From contig CABZMK010000006.1 in assembly GCA_902526865.1 (NCBI GenBank), positions 1-59,940 of the forward strand: a stretch of 59,940 nucleotides of DNA, given 5' to 3'. The stretch comes from an uncultured Alphaproteobacteria bacterium. Lineage in GTDB: Bacteria; Pseudomonadota; Alphaproteobacteria; Methylaequorales; Methylaequoraceae. The position numbers and the translations under genes were made by a program. The notes beneath the pieces were generated by a model. The model was not told the origin of the DNA. It searched no databases and was given only the letters and a program-made list of their open reading frames with translations. Of this stretch, positions 34,447 through 45,531 are shown piece after piece; positions within the stretch are counted from its first letter, which is position 1, and every line of letters begins with the position of its first letter.

Positions 34447-37400
34447 TTACCTCTGGTTCACATTTCTTTCTAATAATTCAACATTTAGACCTAATGATTT
34501 TAATTCCATAATTAAAACATTGAAAGATTCTGGAATTCCTGACTCAATATTATCATCTCCTCTCACAATTGTTTCATATGCCTTAGTTCTTCCGGATACA
34601 TCATCAGATTTAACGGTTAACATTTCTTGCAGAGTATACGATGCACCATATGCTTCAAGAGCCCAAACTTCCATTTCACCAAACCTTTGACCTCCAAACT
34701 GTGCCTTGCCACCTAAAGGCTGCTGTGTAACAAGACTATATGGACCGATTGATCTAGCGTGAATTTTGTCATCCACAAGATGGTTGAGTTTTAACATGTA
34801 TATTTGACCGACTGTGATAGGTCTGTCAAAATAGTTTCCAGTTCTTCCGTCAATCAATCTTTGCTGACCACTTGTATGACTAGAAGCAATGGTAAAGTAG
34901 TTATTAATATCAAGTTCTTTTGCACCGTCAAAGACGGGGGTAGCAAAAGGAACACCAGTCTTAAGTTGTAAGGCTCTCTTAATTATTTCACTATCAGGAA
35001 GTTTTGATATTCTCTCGTTAAAAATTTTCTCACCATAAACACTTTTAAATAGATTTTTAATTTTTACAATATTTGACTTATCCTGATCTGCTCTTAAGGC
35101 AAGATTATAAAACTTTTTACCTAAATCTACCGAAGCCGCTCCCAGATGAGTTTCTAAGATCTGACCAACATTCATCCTTGAAGGAACCCCAAGAGGATTG
35201 AGAACAATGTCAACAGGTGTTCCATCTTCCATGTAAGGCATATCTTCAACCGGAATAATTCTTGATATCACACCTTTATTTCCATGTCTTCCTGCCATCT
35301 TATCTCCAGGTGCAAGTTGCCTTTTTACTGCAACAAAAACTTTTACTAGTTTCATTACACCTGGCATTAGTTCGTCGCCAGATTGGACTTTATCAACTTT
35401 AGATTGAAAGGTTTTATTCAATAGGTTCAGACTTTGATTAAAAGCATCATTTAGTGATTCTATTTTTTTCATTACAGAATCAGATTTAATTGAAATCTTT
35501 TTTAATTGCGAAAGTTTAGATTCGTCTAAAAGTTCTGTCGTCAGTTTTATATTTTTTGGTTTTTTTTCAAATCCACTTTCGTATTCCTGATTTAGCAGAA
35601 GGGATTTTAGATTTTTTTCAAAACTTGACTCAAGAATAAATCTTTCATCCTCCATATCTATATGAAGTTGTTCTATTTGAGTTCGTTCATTAGACAAAGA
35701 TCTCTCATCTTTATCTATTCCTCTTCTTGAAAACACTCTCACTTCAACTATCGTTCCGGATACTCCAGGGGGAAGTCTAAGTGAGGTATCTTTGACGTCT
35801 GCTGCTTTTTCTCCAAAAATTGCTCTGAGAAGTTTTTCTTCAGGTGTCATTGGAGATTCTCCTTTAGGTGTTACCTTCCCAACTAAAATGTCACCTGGAT
35901 TGACTTTTGCTCCAATATGAACGATTCCTGCCTCATCAAGATTAGTTAAAGATTCTTCCCCAATATTAGGGATATCTCTGGTTATTTCTTCTTGTCCAAG
36001 CTTTGTATCTCTAGCAAGAACTTCAAATTCTTGGATATGTATTGAAGTGAAGACGTCATCCACAACCAGCTTTTCTGAGATAAGAATCGAGTCTTCATAG
36101 TTGTAGCCATTCCAGGGCATAAATGCGACAGTGACATTTTTGCCTAAAGCAAGTTCACCTGTTTTTGACGCAGGCCCATCTGCAATAATATCGCCTTCCT
36201 CAACAAAATCTCCTTCCTTTACTAACGGAGTCTGGTTAATGCATGTATCTTGATTGGATCTTTGGAACTTGCTCAATCTGTAAATGTCAACTCCAGTATC
36301 TTGATCGCTTTTTTGAGATGCACTTATAACAATTCTTGACGAATCAACTTGATTTACAAAACCAGATCTTTTTGCAACCACAACCACTCCTGAATCTCTT
36401 GCGACAACAGATTCCATCCCCGTCCCAACAAATGGTGATTCGCTTTTAAGAAGAGGGACTGCTTGGCGCATCATATTTGAACCCATTAAAGCTCTATTAG
36501 CATCATCATTTTCAAGAAAAGGTATCAAAGCCGCGGCAACAGAAACCAACTGTTTTGGAGAGACATCAATGAAATCTACATCTTTTGGATCTAACATTAA
36601 AAAATCTCCACTTTTTCTACAAGAAATGAAAGTCCGCTCAAAAGATCCATTGTTTTTAAGTGGTTCGTTAGCTTGTGCTATTGCATATTTTTCTTCTTCC
36701 ATAGCTGAAAGATAAACAATCTCCGGTGTGACTTTAGAATTCATTACTTTTCTGTATGGTGTTTCAATAAAACCGTATATGTTCACTTTAGAATATGTAG
36801 CTAAGGAGTTGATTAATCCAATATTTGGTCCCTCAGGAGTTTCGATAGGGCATATTCTTCCGTAATGAGATGGATGAACATCTCTTACTTCAAACCCGGC
36901 TCTTTCTCTAGAAAGACCCCCAGGACCAAGAGCAGAAAGTCTTCTTTTATGTGTAATTTCAGACAATGGATTTGTTTGATCCATGAATTGAGAAAGCTGA
37001 CTTTGGCCAAAAAATTCTCTTATTGCTGCAGAAGCTGGTTTAGGATTAACAAGGTCGTTCGGCATAACTGTCTCGATATCAGGAGCATTAGTCATTCTTT
37101 CTTTAATTGCTCTTTCCATTCTGATAACACCTAATGTATATTGATTTTCTAACAATTCACCCACTGATCTTACTCTTCTATTTCCAAGATGATCAATATC
37201 ATCAATGTGACCGTTTCCATCTTTGAGTCCAGCCAGATAACTTACAATTTTAATAATATCATTATTTTGTAGGACTCTTAAGTTCAAATCAGTGTCAAGA
37301 TTAAGTCTTGTATTAATCTTAAGCCTTCCGACCGGTGAGAGGTCGTAGCGCTCTCTGTCAAAAAAGAGATTTCTAAAGAGTTTATCGGCTGACTCGACAG

Positions 37401-38628
37401 TTGGAGGTTCACCAGGTCTTAATATTTTATAAATTTCAGAAACTGCATCGTTTCTATTTTTGTTTTTATCAGCAAAAAAAGTATCCCTGATGTATGACCC
37501 TTGTAGATTAGAATTAATGTGTAAGATATCTAACTCATCAATATTTTTTTCATCTAAATATTTTAATGTCTCCTCAGTAATTTGATCGCCGGCTTCGAAA
37601 TATATAATCCCGTTATTAGTGTCGAAAATATCACTTGCTAAAAACTTTTCTTGTATTGTAGTATTATCTAAAAATAAATTTTTAACGGAATTCTCTGATA
37701 ATTTTTTTTGAATGACAATATTAAATTTTTCTCCAGCTTTCGCATAAACTTTACCTGTTTCCGAATCAATTAAATCAAAGTCAAGCTTCATGCCAACAAA
37801 ATCGTCTTTGTTGTAGTTGATCTCCCAACCTTTATTCTTTCTTTTTAGGGTAGATGTTTTATAGAAAAATTTAAATAGCTCCTCATGTGTCATACCGTTA
37901 ATTTTGTTGTAGTCGATTTCTTTTCCTTCTCTTCTACAACTTTCTCTATATTCGGACGACTTTTGATCGTCTAAAGCTAAAAGCAATGATGAAGCTAGAA
38001 GCTTCCTTCTTTTGTCAATTCTAACATAGATTAAGTCTTTTGGATCAAACTCAAAATCAATCCATGAACCATTGTAAGGAATTAATCTTGAAGCGAATAG
38101 AAACTTTCCAGTTGAATGGCTTTTACCTTTATCATGATCGAAGAAAACTCCAGGAGATCTATGCATCTGAGAAACAACTACTCTAGTTGTTCCATTGAAA
38201 ACAAAAGTACCTTTTGATGTCATTAAAGGCATGTCTCCAAGATATACGTCTTGCTCTTTAATATCTTTAACAGAGGAAATTCCCGTTTCTTCATCAATCT
38301 CCCTAATAATGAGGTTTAACGTAACTTTTAGAAGAGAGCCGTAAGTTCCTCCTCTTTGAATACACTCTTCGACGTCATACTTTGGATCTTCAAGTTCATA
38401 TTTTACAAAACGTAATTCAGCAACACCTGAATAATCTGTTATTGGAAAAACTTTATTAAACACAGCTTGTAAACCAATATCCTCCCTTTCATTGGGCTTG
38501 ACATCTTTTTGCAAGAAAAGATCGTATGAATTTTTTTGAATCTCCAAGAGATTCGGCATATTGACTAAGTCTGGAATTTTTCCGAAACTTTTTCTGATAT
38601 TATGATTGTCAGTAAATGATTTCTTCAT
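34447..38628 (-). CDS. rpoB: RNA polymerase beta subunit
   Basis: [45 protein letters not shown]. Confidence 0.99.
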   Translation of the reverse strand: MKKSFTDNHNIRKSFGKIPDLVNMPNLLEIQKNSYDLFLQKDVKPNEREDIGLQAVFNKVFPITDYSGVAELRFVKYELEDPKYDVEECIQRGGTYGSLLKVTLNLIIREIDEETGISSVKDIKEQDVYLGDMPLMTSKGTFVFNGTTRVVVSQMHRSPGVFFDHDKGKSHSTGKFLFASRLIPYNGSWIDFEFDPKDLIYVRIDKRRKLLASSLLLALDDQKSSEYRESCRREGKEIDYNKINGMTHEELFKFFYKTSTLKRKNKGWEINYNKDDFVGMKLDFDLIDSETGKVYAKAGEKFNIVIQKKLSENSVKNLFLDNTTIQEKFLASDIFDTNNGIIYFEAGDQITEETLKYLDEKNIDELDILHINSNLQGSYIRDTFFADKNKNRNDAVSEIYKILRPGEPPTVESADKLFRNLFFDRERYDLSPVGRLKINTRLNLDTDLNLRVLQNNDIIKIVSYLAGLKDGNGHIDDIDHLGNRRVRSVGELLENQYTLGVIRMERAIKERMTNAPDIETVMPNDLVNPKPASAAIREFFGQSQLSQFMDQTNPLSEITHKRRLSALGPGGLSRERAGFEVRDVHPSHYGRICPIETPEGPNIGLINSLATYSKVNIYGFIETPYRKVMNSKVTPEIVYLSAMEEEKYAIAQANEPLKNNGSFERTFISCRKSGDFLMLDPKDVDFIDVSPKQLVSVAAALIPFLENDDANRALMGSNMMRQAVPLLKSESPFVGTGMESVVARDSGVVVVAKRSGFVNQVDSSRIVISASQKSDQDTGVDIYRLSKFQRSNQDTCINQTPLVKEGDFVEEGDIIADGPASKTGELALGKNVTVAFMPWNGYNYEDSILISEKLVVDDVFTSIHIQEFEVLARDTKLGQEEITRDIPNIGEESLTNLDEAGIVHIGAKVNPGDILVGKVTPKGESPMTPEEKLLRAIFGEKAADVKDTSLRLPPGVSGTIVEVRVFSRRGIDKDERSLSNERTQIEQLHIDMEDERFILESSFEKNLKSLLLNQEYESGFEKKPKNIKLTTELLDESKLSQLKKISIKSDSVMKKIESLNDAFNQSLNLLNKTFQSKVDKVQSGDELMPGVMKLVKVFVAVKRQLAPGDKMAGRHGNKGVISRIIPVEDMPYMEDGTPVDIVLNPLGVPSRMNVGQILETHLGAASVDLGKKFYNLALRADQDKSNIVKIKNLFKSVYGEKIFNERISKLPDSEIIKRALQLKTGVPFATPVFDGAKELDINNYFTIASSHTSGQQRLIDGRTGNYFDRPITVGQIYMLKLNHLVDDKIHARSIGPYSLVTQQPLGGKAQFGGQRFGEMEVWALEAYGASYTLQEMLTVKSDDVSGRTKAYETIVRGDDNIESGIPESFNVLIMELKSLGLNVELLERNVNQR

Positions 38629-38634
38629 ATGATG

Positions 38635-39015
38635 CTACTTAAGTTCTACAGTTGCACCAGCTTCCTCAAGCTGCTTTTTGAACTTTTCAGCATCTTCCTT
38701 ATTAACACCATCCTTAAGCTTACTTGGAGCCCCTTCAACTATATCCTTGGCCTCTTTCAATCCCAGTCCGGTAATTGTCCTAACTTCTTTAATAACATTT
38801 ATTTTTTTTTCTCCAGATGCGGCTAAATGGATTTCGAATTCAGTCTTTTCTTCACTTGCGGCTGCTTCAGCAGGTGCTCCAACAGCTGCAGCTGCAACGG
38901 CAACTGGTGCTGCTGCAGAAACTCCCCATTTTTCTTCTAAAATTTTTGTTAACTCTGAAGCCTCAAGAACAGTTAGTGTAGACAGGTCCTCAGCAATTTT
39001 TTGTACATCAGCCAT
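38635..39015 (-). CDS. rplL: 50S ribosomal protein L7/L12
   Basis: [11 protein letters not shown] hinge, [18 protein letters not shown]. Confidence 0.98.
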   Translation of the reverse strand: MADVQKIAEDLSTLTVLEASELTKILEEKWGVSAAAPVAVAAAAVGAPAEAAASEEKTEFEIHLAASGEKKINVIKEVRTITGLGLKEAKDIVEGAPSKLKDGVNKEDAEKFKKQLEEAGATVELK

Positions 39016-39032
39016 AGTTTTTCTCCTTAGTT

Positions 39033-39548
39033 TTAATTATCAGCTTTATATTTTTCATTTATAACTCTTACAATATTAGATTGATTCTTTTGAAGTATGG
39101 AAACAATATTTGTTTGCGTAGAAACAAGTAAACCGACTATCTTCGCTCTTATTTCCTCTAAAGATGGAAGTGATGCAAGATTTTTTATTTCATCGATACT
39201 AAGTTCTTTGTCTCCCATAACTCCGCCTAAAATTTTAAAGTTTTCATTTTCTTTAGAAAACTTAACTAGTATTTTAGATGTTGAAACTGGATCGTTTGAA
39301 TAAGCAACAGAGGTAGGACCTACAAATAACTTTTCAGCGATTTTGAAGTTGGTGTCTTTAATTGCTCTTTTAACAAGTGTATTCTTTGCAACTCTAAAGT
39401 AAGCATCTGAATTATTTTTAATTTCTTTGCGTAAGCTTGAAATTTCTAAAACATTCAACCCTTTATAATCAGCTACTAATAAAAAATCAGAATTTTTTAG
39501 TGCTTTATTAAATTCTGTTACAAATACTTGTTTTTCAGATCTTTGCAT
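39033..39548 (-). CDS. rplJ: 50S ribosomal protein L10
   Basis: DYKGLNV, VAKNTL, LASLPS; GGAGG SD. Confidence 0.97.
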   Translation of the reverse strand: MQRSEKQVFVTEFNKALKNSDFLLVADYKGLNVLEISSLRKEIKNNSDAYFRVAKNTLVKRAIKDTNFKIAEKLFVGPTSVAYSNDPVSTSKILVKFSKENENFKILGGVMGDKELSIDEIKNLASLPSLEEIRAKIVGLLVSTQTNIVSILQKNQSNIVRVINEKYKADN

Positions 39549-39570
39549 TTATTATTTAACCTCCAAAAAA

Positions 39571-39645
39571 CTGCCAGAGTGAAAATCTTTGTTAAAATCT
39601 ATCCAGGAATTTCATGCATAATACAACCTGGAGTCTCTGACAGAA
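39571..39645 (-). ncRNA. ribosomal protein L10 leader (autoregulatory element)
   Basis: UCAGAGAC-U-CCAGG...CCUGG-AUAGA between rplA and rplJ, resembling the AGAC/kink-turn core of L10 leaders. Confidence 0.75.
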
Positions 39646-39658
39646 TGAAATTTTAATA

Positions 39659-40348
39659 TTACATAACACTTGTTGGATCAACTTGCAACCCCGGACCCAT
39701 TGTTGTGTTAATAAAAAATTTTTTGATGAAAATTCCTTTAGAAGTTTCTGGTTTTTTCTTTTTGATTTCCTGTAAAAGAAATTCAATATTCTTCTTAAGT
39801 TCATCTGCTGAGAAACTTATTTTTCCAACAGAAACGTGAATAATTCCTGCTTTATCTGTTTTATATTCAACTTGACCTAGTTTAACATTTTTAATTGCAT
39901 CAACTATATCATTCGTGACAGTCCCAAGTTTTGGATTTGGCATCAACCCTTTCGGTCCCAGAATTTGCCCAAGAGAACTTACTTTAACCATCATCTTAGG
40001 TGTTGAAATGCACTTATCAAAATTCATTTCCCCTTTTTTTATATTGTCAATCAAATCTTCACCACCTACAATTTCAGCCCCAGCTGTTTTAGCTTTTTCA
40101 ACATCGTCTCCATCAGCAAATACTGCAATCCTGATGTTTTTTTTTGACATTTTTGGAAGACTAGTTACACCTCTTATTTGTTGGTCAGATTTTTTAGCAT
40201 CGATACCTAAAATTATTGATATGTCCAATGATTCGTCAAATTTTTTGGATGCAAACTTTTTAGATATATCTACAGCCTCTTCCAATTTGTGAATGGTTTT
40301 TTCTTTAATTTCCTCTTTAATCAGTTTTTGCTTTTTTGAATTTATCAT
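39659..40348 (-). CDS. rplA: 50S ribosomal protein L1
   Basis: [27 protein letters not shown]. Confidence 0.98.
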   Translation of the reverse strand: MINSKKQKLIKEEIKEKTIHKLEEAVDISKKFASKKFDESLDISIILGIDAKKSDQQIRGVTSLPKMSKKNIRIAVFADGDDVEKAKTAGAEIVGGEDLIDNIKKGEMNFDKCISTPKMMVKVSSLGQILGPKGLMPNPKLGTVTNDIVDAIKNVKLGQVEYKTDKAGIIHVSVGKISFSADELKKNIEFLLQEIKKKKPETSKGIFIKKFFINTTMGPGLQVDPTSVM

Positions 40349-40773
40349 TTTTCTACCTTTATTCCCATAGATCTTGCCGTACCGGCTACCATTTTTTTAG
40401 CAGATTCTATATTATCTGTGTTTAGGTCATTCATTTTATCTTGTGCAATTTGTTTTATATCGTTTTCTGATATAGATGCAATAACTTCTTTACCGGGTGT
40501 TTTTGAGGCTTTTTTTAATTTTAGTGCTTTTTTAATAAAAAATGAAACTGGAGGTGATTTTGTTTCAAATATGAAACTTTTATCTTGAAAAACAGTTATA
40601 ATTACTGGTATTGGCATTCCTTGCTCCAACTTTTGGGTAGAAGCATTGAAGGCTTTACAAAATTCCATTATATTTACTCCTTTTTGCCCAAGTGCCGGAC
40701 CCACAGGTGGAGATGGATTGGCCTGACCAGCAGGGATTTGAAGTTTTATGTATCCGTCTATTTTTTTTGCCAT
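40345..40773 (-). CDS. rplK: 50S ribosomal protein L11
   Basis: [30 protein letters not shown]. Confidence 0.98.
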   Translation of the reverse strand: MAKKIDGYIKLQIPAGQANPSPPVGPALGQKGVNIMEFCKAFNASTQKLEQGMPIPVIITVFQDKSFIFETKSPPVSFFIKKALKLKKASKTPGKEVIASISENDIKQIAQDKMNDLNTDNIESAKKMVAGTARSMGIKVEK

Positions 40774-40791
40774 AATTGTCTTTCCTTTTAA

Positions 40792-41322
40792 CTAAATCTT
40801 CTCAACTTGTGAATAATCTAAATTAACTGGAGTTGATCTTCCAAATATTGAAACACTAACTTTTAATCTGGCTTTCTCTTCATCTACCTCTTCTACCATC
40901 CCGTTAAAAGACGAAAAAGGCCCATCAGAAACTCTCACTTGTTCCCCAATTTCGAAACTCACAGACGGCTTAGGTTTTTCCAATCCATCTTTCATTTGAT
41001 CTAGGATTGAATCAATTTCATTTTGCGAAACTGGAATAGGCTCACCTTTTTTTCCTCCTAGAAATCCATATACTTTGGGGAGTGTTTTTACAATGTGCCA
41101 TATTTCATCATCCATAATCATCTGGATTAACATATATCCAGGAAAAAACTTTCTCTCAGAGCTAACTTTTTTTCCTTTTTTCATTTCTATAACTTCTTCT
41201 GAAGGTATAAGAATCTTAGAAATATTGTCTTTAAGACCTTTTTTTTCAGCTTGAGCTAGAAGCTCTTTTTCAATTTTTTTTTCGTTACCTGAGTAAACCT
41301 GAAGTATGTACCAATTTAACAT
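40792..41322 (-). CDS. nusG: transcription termination/antitermination factor NusG
   Basis: WYILQVYSG, FFPGY, KOW DGPF, VSIFGRSTPV. Confidence 0.98.
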   Translation of the reverse strand: MLNWYILQVYSGNEKKIEKELLAQAEKKGLKDNISKILIPSEEVIEMKKGKKVSSERKFFPGYMLIQMIMDDEIWHIVKTLPKVYGFLGGKKGEPIPVSQNEIDSILDQMKDGLEKPKPSVSFEIGEQVRVSDGPFSSFNGMVEEVDEEKARLKVSVSIFGRSTPVNLDYSQVEKI

Positions 41323-41327
41323 AAAAC

Positions 41328-41513
41328 CTAGAATAAAATAAATTCAACACCAAAAGAAATAATTTTATCGACTAACAAAAAAAAGATCGAAGAAATTAAA
41401 ACAAAAATAAAGACCATTATGGTTGTTGTTATAACTTCAGGCTTTGTTGGCCAAGTAATTTTCAAAGCTTCTTGTTTAACCTCTTTATAAAATGTTAGAA
41501 TTTTTTGCATCAT
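41328..41513 (-). CDS. secE: preprotein translocase subunit SecE
   Basis: EVKQEALKITWPTKPE + single TM; start set at ATG 41513 (or 41510). Confidence 0.92.
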   Translation of the reverse strand: MMQKILTFYKEVKQEALKITWPTKPEVITTTIMVFIFVLISSIFFLLVDKIISFGVEFILF

Positions 41514-41583
41514 ATTTTGTAGATTATTTTTTTTTGTATTGTTAACATAGTCTATAATAAAATCAAACTGCAAATTAATTTCA

Positions 41584-42306
41584 ATGAGCATTCTGAACAA
41601 AAATATTTTTATTTTAACAGGCGCAGGAATATCAAAGGAAAGTGGAATAAACACTTTTAGAGAAGAAGACGGTTTGTGGGAAAATTATAAGATTGAAGAT
41701 GTTTGTACACCAAGTGCTTTCAAAAGAAATCCCGATTTAGTAAATAATTTTTATAACGAAAGAAAATCGCAACTAGAGAGTCCACAAATTAAACCTAATG
41801 AAGCCCACCTTGCGCTTGTAGAATTCGAAAGAAAATGCTCGGGAGAGTTTTTAATTGTAACTCAAAATATTGATAATCTACACGAAAGAGCTGGTTCAAA
41901 AAAAATTCTTCATATGCATGGCTCACTCGACAGTGCTTATTGCATGTATTGTAATCAAAAAGTTATTTTAAACTTCAATTTATCAACAAGTTATCAATGT
42001 AAAAACTGTTTGAATAAAGGAATGGTAAGAGTTGACGTTGTATGGTTTGGCGAACAACCAAAATATTTAAAGGAGATATATAGCTTTTTAAAGAAAACAG
42101 AAGTCTTTATCTCTATTGGAACTTCAAACAATGTTTACCCTGCTGCCGGTTTTATTGATTTTTTGAATCAACTTAATAAAAAAATATTTATGTATGAGTT
42201 CAACCTTGAGAAAACAATCAAAACAGCACATTTCGATCAAACATACTTTGGATCTGCAACAAAAACAATACCAATGTTTCTAGAAAATTTAATAAAAGAT
42301 TTGTAA
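41584..42306 (+). CDS. cobB: NAD-dependent protein deacylase (sirtuin)
   Basis: GAGISKESGINTFR, TQNIDNLHERAG, HMHG, two CxxC, VVWFGE, GTS. Confidence 0.93.
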   Translation: MSILNKNIFILTGAGISKESGINTFREEDGLWENYKIEDVCTPSAFKRNPDLVNNFYNERKSQLESPQIKPNEAHLALVEFERKCSGEFLIVTQNIDNLHERAGSKKILHMHGSLDSAYCMYCNQKVILNFNLSTSYQCKNCLNKGMVRVDVVWFGEQPKYLKEIYSFLKKTEVFISIGTSNNVYPAAGFIDFLNQLNKKIFMYEFNLEKTIKTAHFDQTYFGSATKTIPMFLENLIKDL

Positions 42307-42307
42307 A

Positions 42308-42383
42308 TGGCAGGGGCGGAGAGATTCGAACTCACGACCTACGGTTTTGGAGACCGTCGCTCTACCAACTGAGCTACACCCCT
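42308..42383 (-). tRNA. tRNA-Trp(CCA)
   Basis: AGGGGTG acceptor, ACGGT-CTCCAAA-ACCGT anticodon arm, GTTCGAATC, CCA. Confidence 0.97.
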
Positions 42384-42391
42384 AAAATAGT

Positions 42392-42465
42392 TGGAGCGGG
42401 TGAAGGGAATCGAACCCTCGTAACCAGCTTGGAAGGCTGGGGCTTTACCACTAAGCTACACCCGC
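42392..42465 (-). tRNA. tRNA-Gly(TCC)
   Basis: GCGGGTG acceptor, CCAGC-CTTCCAA-GCTGG anticodon arm, GTTCGATTC, CCA. Confidence 0.97.
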
Positions 42466-42526
42466 AACAAAAAAATAAAAAAATCTCCAACATAATGTGA
42501 TAAACTTAAAATAAATACAACTATTA

Positions 42527-42847
42527 ATGACATTTACGATATTACACAATAAAAATTGTTCTAAATCTAGGGCTTGCATTCAAATTTTGGAAAGTGAGAA
42601 TGTTGATTTCAAAATTAGAGATTACATAAAAAACCCTTTATCTTTTGATGAAGTAAAATATTTGGTCCAAAATTTATTGGGAAATAAATTTGATATTTTA
42701 AGAAATAAGACTGAAAAAGATTTTGATGACAAAGATTTAATCAAATATATATTTGAAAATCAAAAAGATCTACAAAGGCCCATTTTTTTTGATGGTAAAA
42801 ATTATATTATATGTAGACCGCCAGACAAGGTACTAGAATATATCTAG
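42527..42847 (+). CDS. ArsC/Spx-family thioredoxin-fold protein
   Basis: HNKNCSKSR, LQRPI, CRPP. Confidence 0.85.
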   Translation: MTFTILHNKNCSKSRACIQILESENVDFKIRDYIKNPLSFDEVKYLVQNLLGNKFDILRNKTEKDFDDKDLIKYIFENQKDLQRPIFFDGKNYIICRPPDKVLEYI

Positions 42848-42852
42848 GAAAG

Positions 42853-42938
42853 TGGTGGAGGGAGTAGGATTTGAACCTACGTAGGCTTACGCCGTCAGAT
42901 TTACAGTCTGATGTATTTGACCACTCTACCATCCCTCC
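42853..42938 (-). tRNA. tRNA-Tyr(GTA)
   Basis: GGAGGGA acceptor, TCAGA-CTGTAAA-TCTGA anticodon arm, long variable arm, CCA. Confidence 0.97.
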
Positions 42939-43007
42939 ATAAGATGAATGTATACTTTTAAAGCCTATGAATTGTAAAGGAAAAAAATTTAAATTTAGTA
43001 TAAATAA

Positions 43008-43727
43008 ATGGACAATCAAATAGACATAATAATGGGACAACATGCGGCACTAGCTGCAATTGAAAACTTGAGAAGAGTTATAATTTCCTTAAAGTGTACA
43101 AAAGAGTTTTTTGAAAAAAATAAAATTGCAATTGAAAATAGAGGAATAAGTAAACTATTTATTGTTTCAAGAAAAGAAATAGATTCTGAAATTAAAAATA
43201 ATGTTCACCAAGGCATTTTATTGAAATGTAAAAGTTTAAAACAAATTAGTTTGGAGGAAATTAATAATAATGAAAAAAACATTGTAATACTGGATTCTCT
43301 AAATGATTCACAAAATGTTGGATCTATTTTAAGAACATCTTATTTATTTGGAATAAAAACAATAATTTCAAATAAAGATAACTCTTTCAAAATAAATCCC
43401 TTTTTAATTAAATCAGCAAGCGGCGCATTTGAAAAAATAAACTTTATTGAAGTTGTCAACTTAAACAGAACAGTTGAAAAATTGAAAAAAATGGGTTATT
43501 GGATTGTGGGATTTGATATGAACGCTAAAAGTAATATTTCTGAGATACCAAAAGATCTAAAAAAAGTTTTAATATTTGGTTCAGAGGGTAAGGGTATAAA
43601 ACCACTTATTTTAACGAATTGTGATTTCAAAACTAAAATAAACTTAAACGTAGAGGACAGAAAAATCGATAGTTTGAATGTTTCAAATTGCGTTTCAATA
43701 GCACTGTACGAATGTCTTAGAAAATGA
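43008..43727 (+). CDS. rlmB: TrmH/SpoU-family rRNA 2'-O-methyltransferase (RlmB-like)
   Basis: HQGI, QNVGSILRT, FGSEGKGI, SLNVS; divergent from tRNA-Tyr as usual in alphaproteobacteria. Confidence 0.85.
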   Translation: MDNQIDIIMGQHAALAAIENLRRVIISLKCTKEFFEKNKIAIENRGISKLFIVSRKEIDSEIKNNVHQGILLKCKSLKQISLEEINNNEKNIVILDSLNDSQNVGSILRTSYLFGIKTIISNKDNSFKINPFLIKSASGAFEKINFIEVVNLNRTVEKLKKMGYWIVGFDMNAKSNISEIPKDLKKVLIFGSEGKGIKPLILTNCDFKTKINLNVEDRKIDSLNVSNCVSIALYECLRK

Positions 43728-44341
43728 AAGAGCTTCCAAAATTTTATAATTCACTCGAAGAAACAAGAAAAGAGATTTTTTCTCTTTTATTCCAAGGTGT
43801 AAAAAAAAGAAAATCTAATTTCCATAATCTTGTTCTTAATACTGTAGATTTACATAACAAACCTGATGCAAGAACAGTGGTATTAAGAACTTTCTCGCAG
43901 AAAGACTTAACTATTGGCATTCATACTGATAATAGATCTGAAAAAGTTGAACATTTAAAGAATAATAACTTTACATGTTTGGTTTTTTATGATGATCAAA
44001 AAAAAATTCAACTAAGAGTTCGAGGTACAACAAATTTAGAAAAATCTAAAAAAGAATCATGGGACAAACTTTCGAATTGGTCTAAGAGATGTTATTTAAC
44101 ATCCACCCCCCCTGGACAAGTGTCAAAGAATCCAACTTCTGGTTTTCCAAACAAATTTCAATCAGAAGCACCTTCCTCGGAAGAATCCCAGAAAGGTTTC
44201 GAAAATTTTACAGTTATAAGAATTTTTATAGACGAGATCGAGTGGTTATTTCTAGCGAGTCAAGGACATAGAAGAGCTTTGTTTAAAATAAATAGAGATA
44301 ATTCTAATCTCAGCATTGAATCAAAATGGCTAGTTCCTTAA
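43724..44341 (+). CDS. pyridoxamine 5'-phosphate oxidase-like FMN-binding protein
   Basis: PDARTVVLR, HTDNRSEK, QLRVRG, EWLFL...GHRR, WLVP. Confidence 0.85.
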   Translation: MKELPKFYNSLEETRKEIFSLLFQGVKKRKSNFHNLVLNTVDLHNKPDARTVVLRTFSQKDLTIGIHTDNRSEKVEHLKNNNFTCLVFYDDQKKIQLRVRGTTNLEKSKKESWDKLSNWSKRCYLTSTPPGQVSKNPTSGFPNKFQSEAPSSEESQKGFENFTVIRIFIDEIEWLFLASQGHRRALFKINRDNSNLSIESKWLVP

Positions 44342-44928
44342 AATTTGAATTATTTTTTATTTATTTATTTTTACCATTATTCATTCTTTTTTTTCAGTCT
44401 AAGATATTAATTTTCACTTTATTGTATCTCGTCTTTATATTTACATTTGTAAAGCTTAGAAAAGACAAAAGTTTTCAATCAAAGTTTCTAAAAAAAAAAA
44501 TAAATTGGAAAATCACTTTCTTTTTTTTTTTGGTATTTCTTATTTTTGGTTATTTATATGTTTTATTTTATGATCCAACTCTTCTTTTTAGTTTTCCAAA
44601 AAATGATTTTCGCTTGTGGATTATAGTAATGTTTATCTATCCATTTTTTTCTGTAATTCCACAAGAAATTATCTACAGAGTTTACTTTTATCACAGATAT
44701 AACAAACTTTTCAGCGGCAATTTATTATTACTCACACTTTTAAACTTATTTTTATTTTCTTTTGCTCACATTATTTTTAATAATCCTCATGCGATTTTCA
44801 TAACAGCAATTGCTTCACCAATTTTTTCATACTTGTATATTGAAGAATCATTTTTCACTTGTGTTTTAGTGCATTCACTCGGAGGACAAATTCTTTTCAC
44901 TTTTGGCTTAGGGAAATATTTTTACTAG
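44326..44928 (+). CDS. CPBP (CAAX/Abi) family intramembrane metalloprotease-like protein
   Basis: Multi-TM; PQEIIYR, FSFAH, VHS motifs. Confidence 0.8.
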   Translation: MASSLKFELFFIYLFLPLFILFFQSKILIFTLLYLVFIFTFVKLRKDKSFQSKFLKKKINWKITFFFFLVFLIFGYLYVLFYDPTLLFSFPKNDFRLWIIVMFIYPFFSVIPQEIIYRVYFYHRYNKLFSGNLLLLTLLNLFLFSFAHIIFNNPHAIFITAIASPIFSYLYIEESFFTCVLVHSLGGQILFTFGLGKYFY

Positions 44929-45470
44929 TTGTAACTAGCACCAGTTCCTTTTAAACCGCAATATCCATTTGGGTTTTTATGTAAATACTTCTGATGGTAG
45001 TCCTCAGCTAAATAAAATTTATTAAGAATTACTATTTCGGTTTTAATTGTTCCATATGACAGTTTATCTAATTCAATTTGAAATTTCTTTTTAGAATCCT
45101 GTAGAGGTTCAATTTCTTTACTATTATTTGATAAAATAATTGATCTGTATTGACTACCAATATCATTTCCTTGTCTATTTAATTGAGTAGGATCATGAGA
45201 CTCCCAAAAAATTTTTAGTACTTGCTTTAAACTAACTATTTGTTGATCATAAATGACTTTTACAACTTCTGCATGACCTGTATCGCCATTGCAAACTGTT
45301 TCATAATTTGGGTCTTTAGTATGACCCCCTGCATATCCAACAGCAGTTGTGTATAATCCATCTAACTGCCAAAATTTTCTTTCAGCTCCCCAAAAACAGC
45401 CCATACCAAAAAATATCTGAGAAAGGTGGCTTGGTTTATCTATTGTAAGGTCTCTATCAAATATACTCAT
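44925..45470 (-). CDS. msrA: peptide methionine sulfoxide reductase A
   Basis: GCFWG, GHAEVV, HDPTQLNRQGNDIGSQYRS, AEDYHQKYL, GYC. Confidence 0.97.
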   Translation of the reverse strand: MSIFDRDLTIDKPSHLSQIFFGMGCFWGAERKFWQLDGLYTTAVGYAGGHTKDPNYETVCNGDTGHAEVVKVIYDQQIVSLKQVLKIFWESHDPTQLNRQGNDIGSQYRSIILSNNSKEIEPLQDSKKKFQIELDKLSYGTIKTEIVILNKFYLAEDYHQKYLHKNPNGYCGLKGTGASYN

Positions 45471-45494
45471 GACAGCTTTTGTTTTAATATTAAA

Positions 45495-45522
45495 TTGACT
45501 TTCATTGTAATAAAAATAATAT
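45495..45522 (+). promoter_or_regulatory. putative sigma70 promoter of the riboswitch-btuB transcript
   Basis: TTGACT-N16-TAATAT just upstream of the riboswitch P1. Confidence 0.5.
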
Positions 45523-45531
45523 GATAAATAT

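Noticed and set aside
34440-34450. rpoB-rpoC fusion as in Wolbachia or Helicobacter
   Set aside because: rpoB has its own TAA and rpoC starts 2 bp later in another frame
41514-41654. Long SecE N-terminus in the ORF track
   Set aside because: Overlaps divergent cobB and lacks SecE similarity
42807-43043. 78-aa minus-strand ORF
   Set aside because: Runs through tRNA-Tyr and both neighbouring genes
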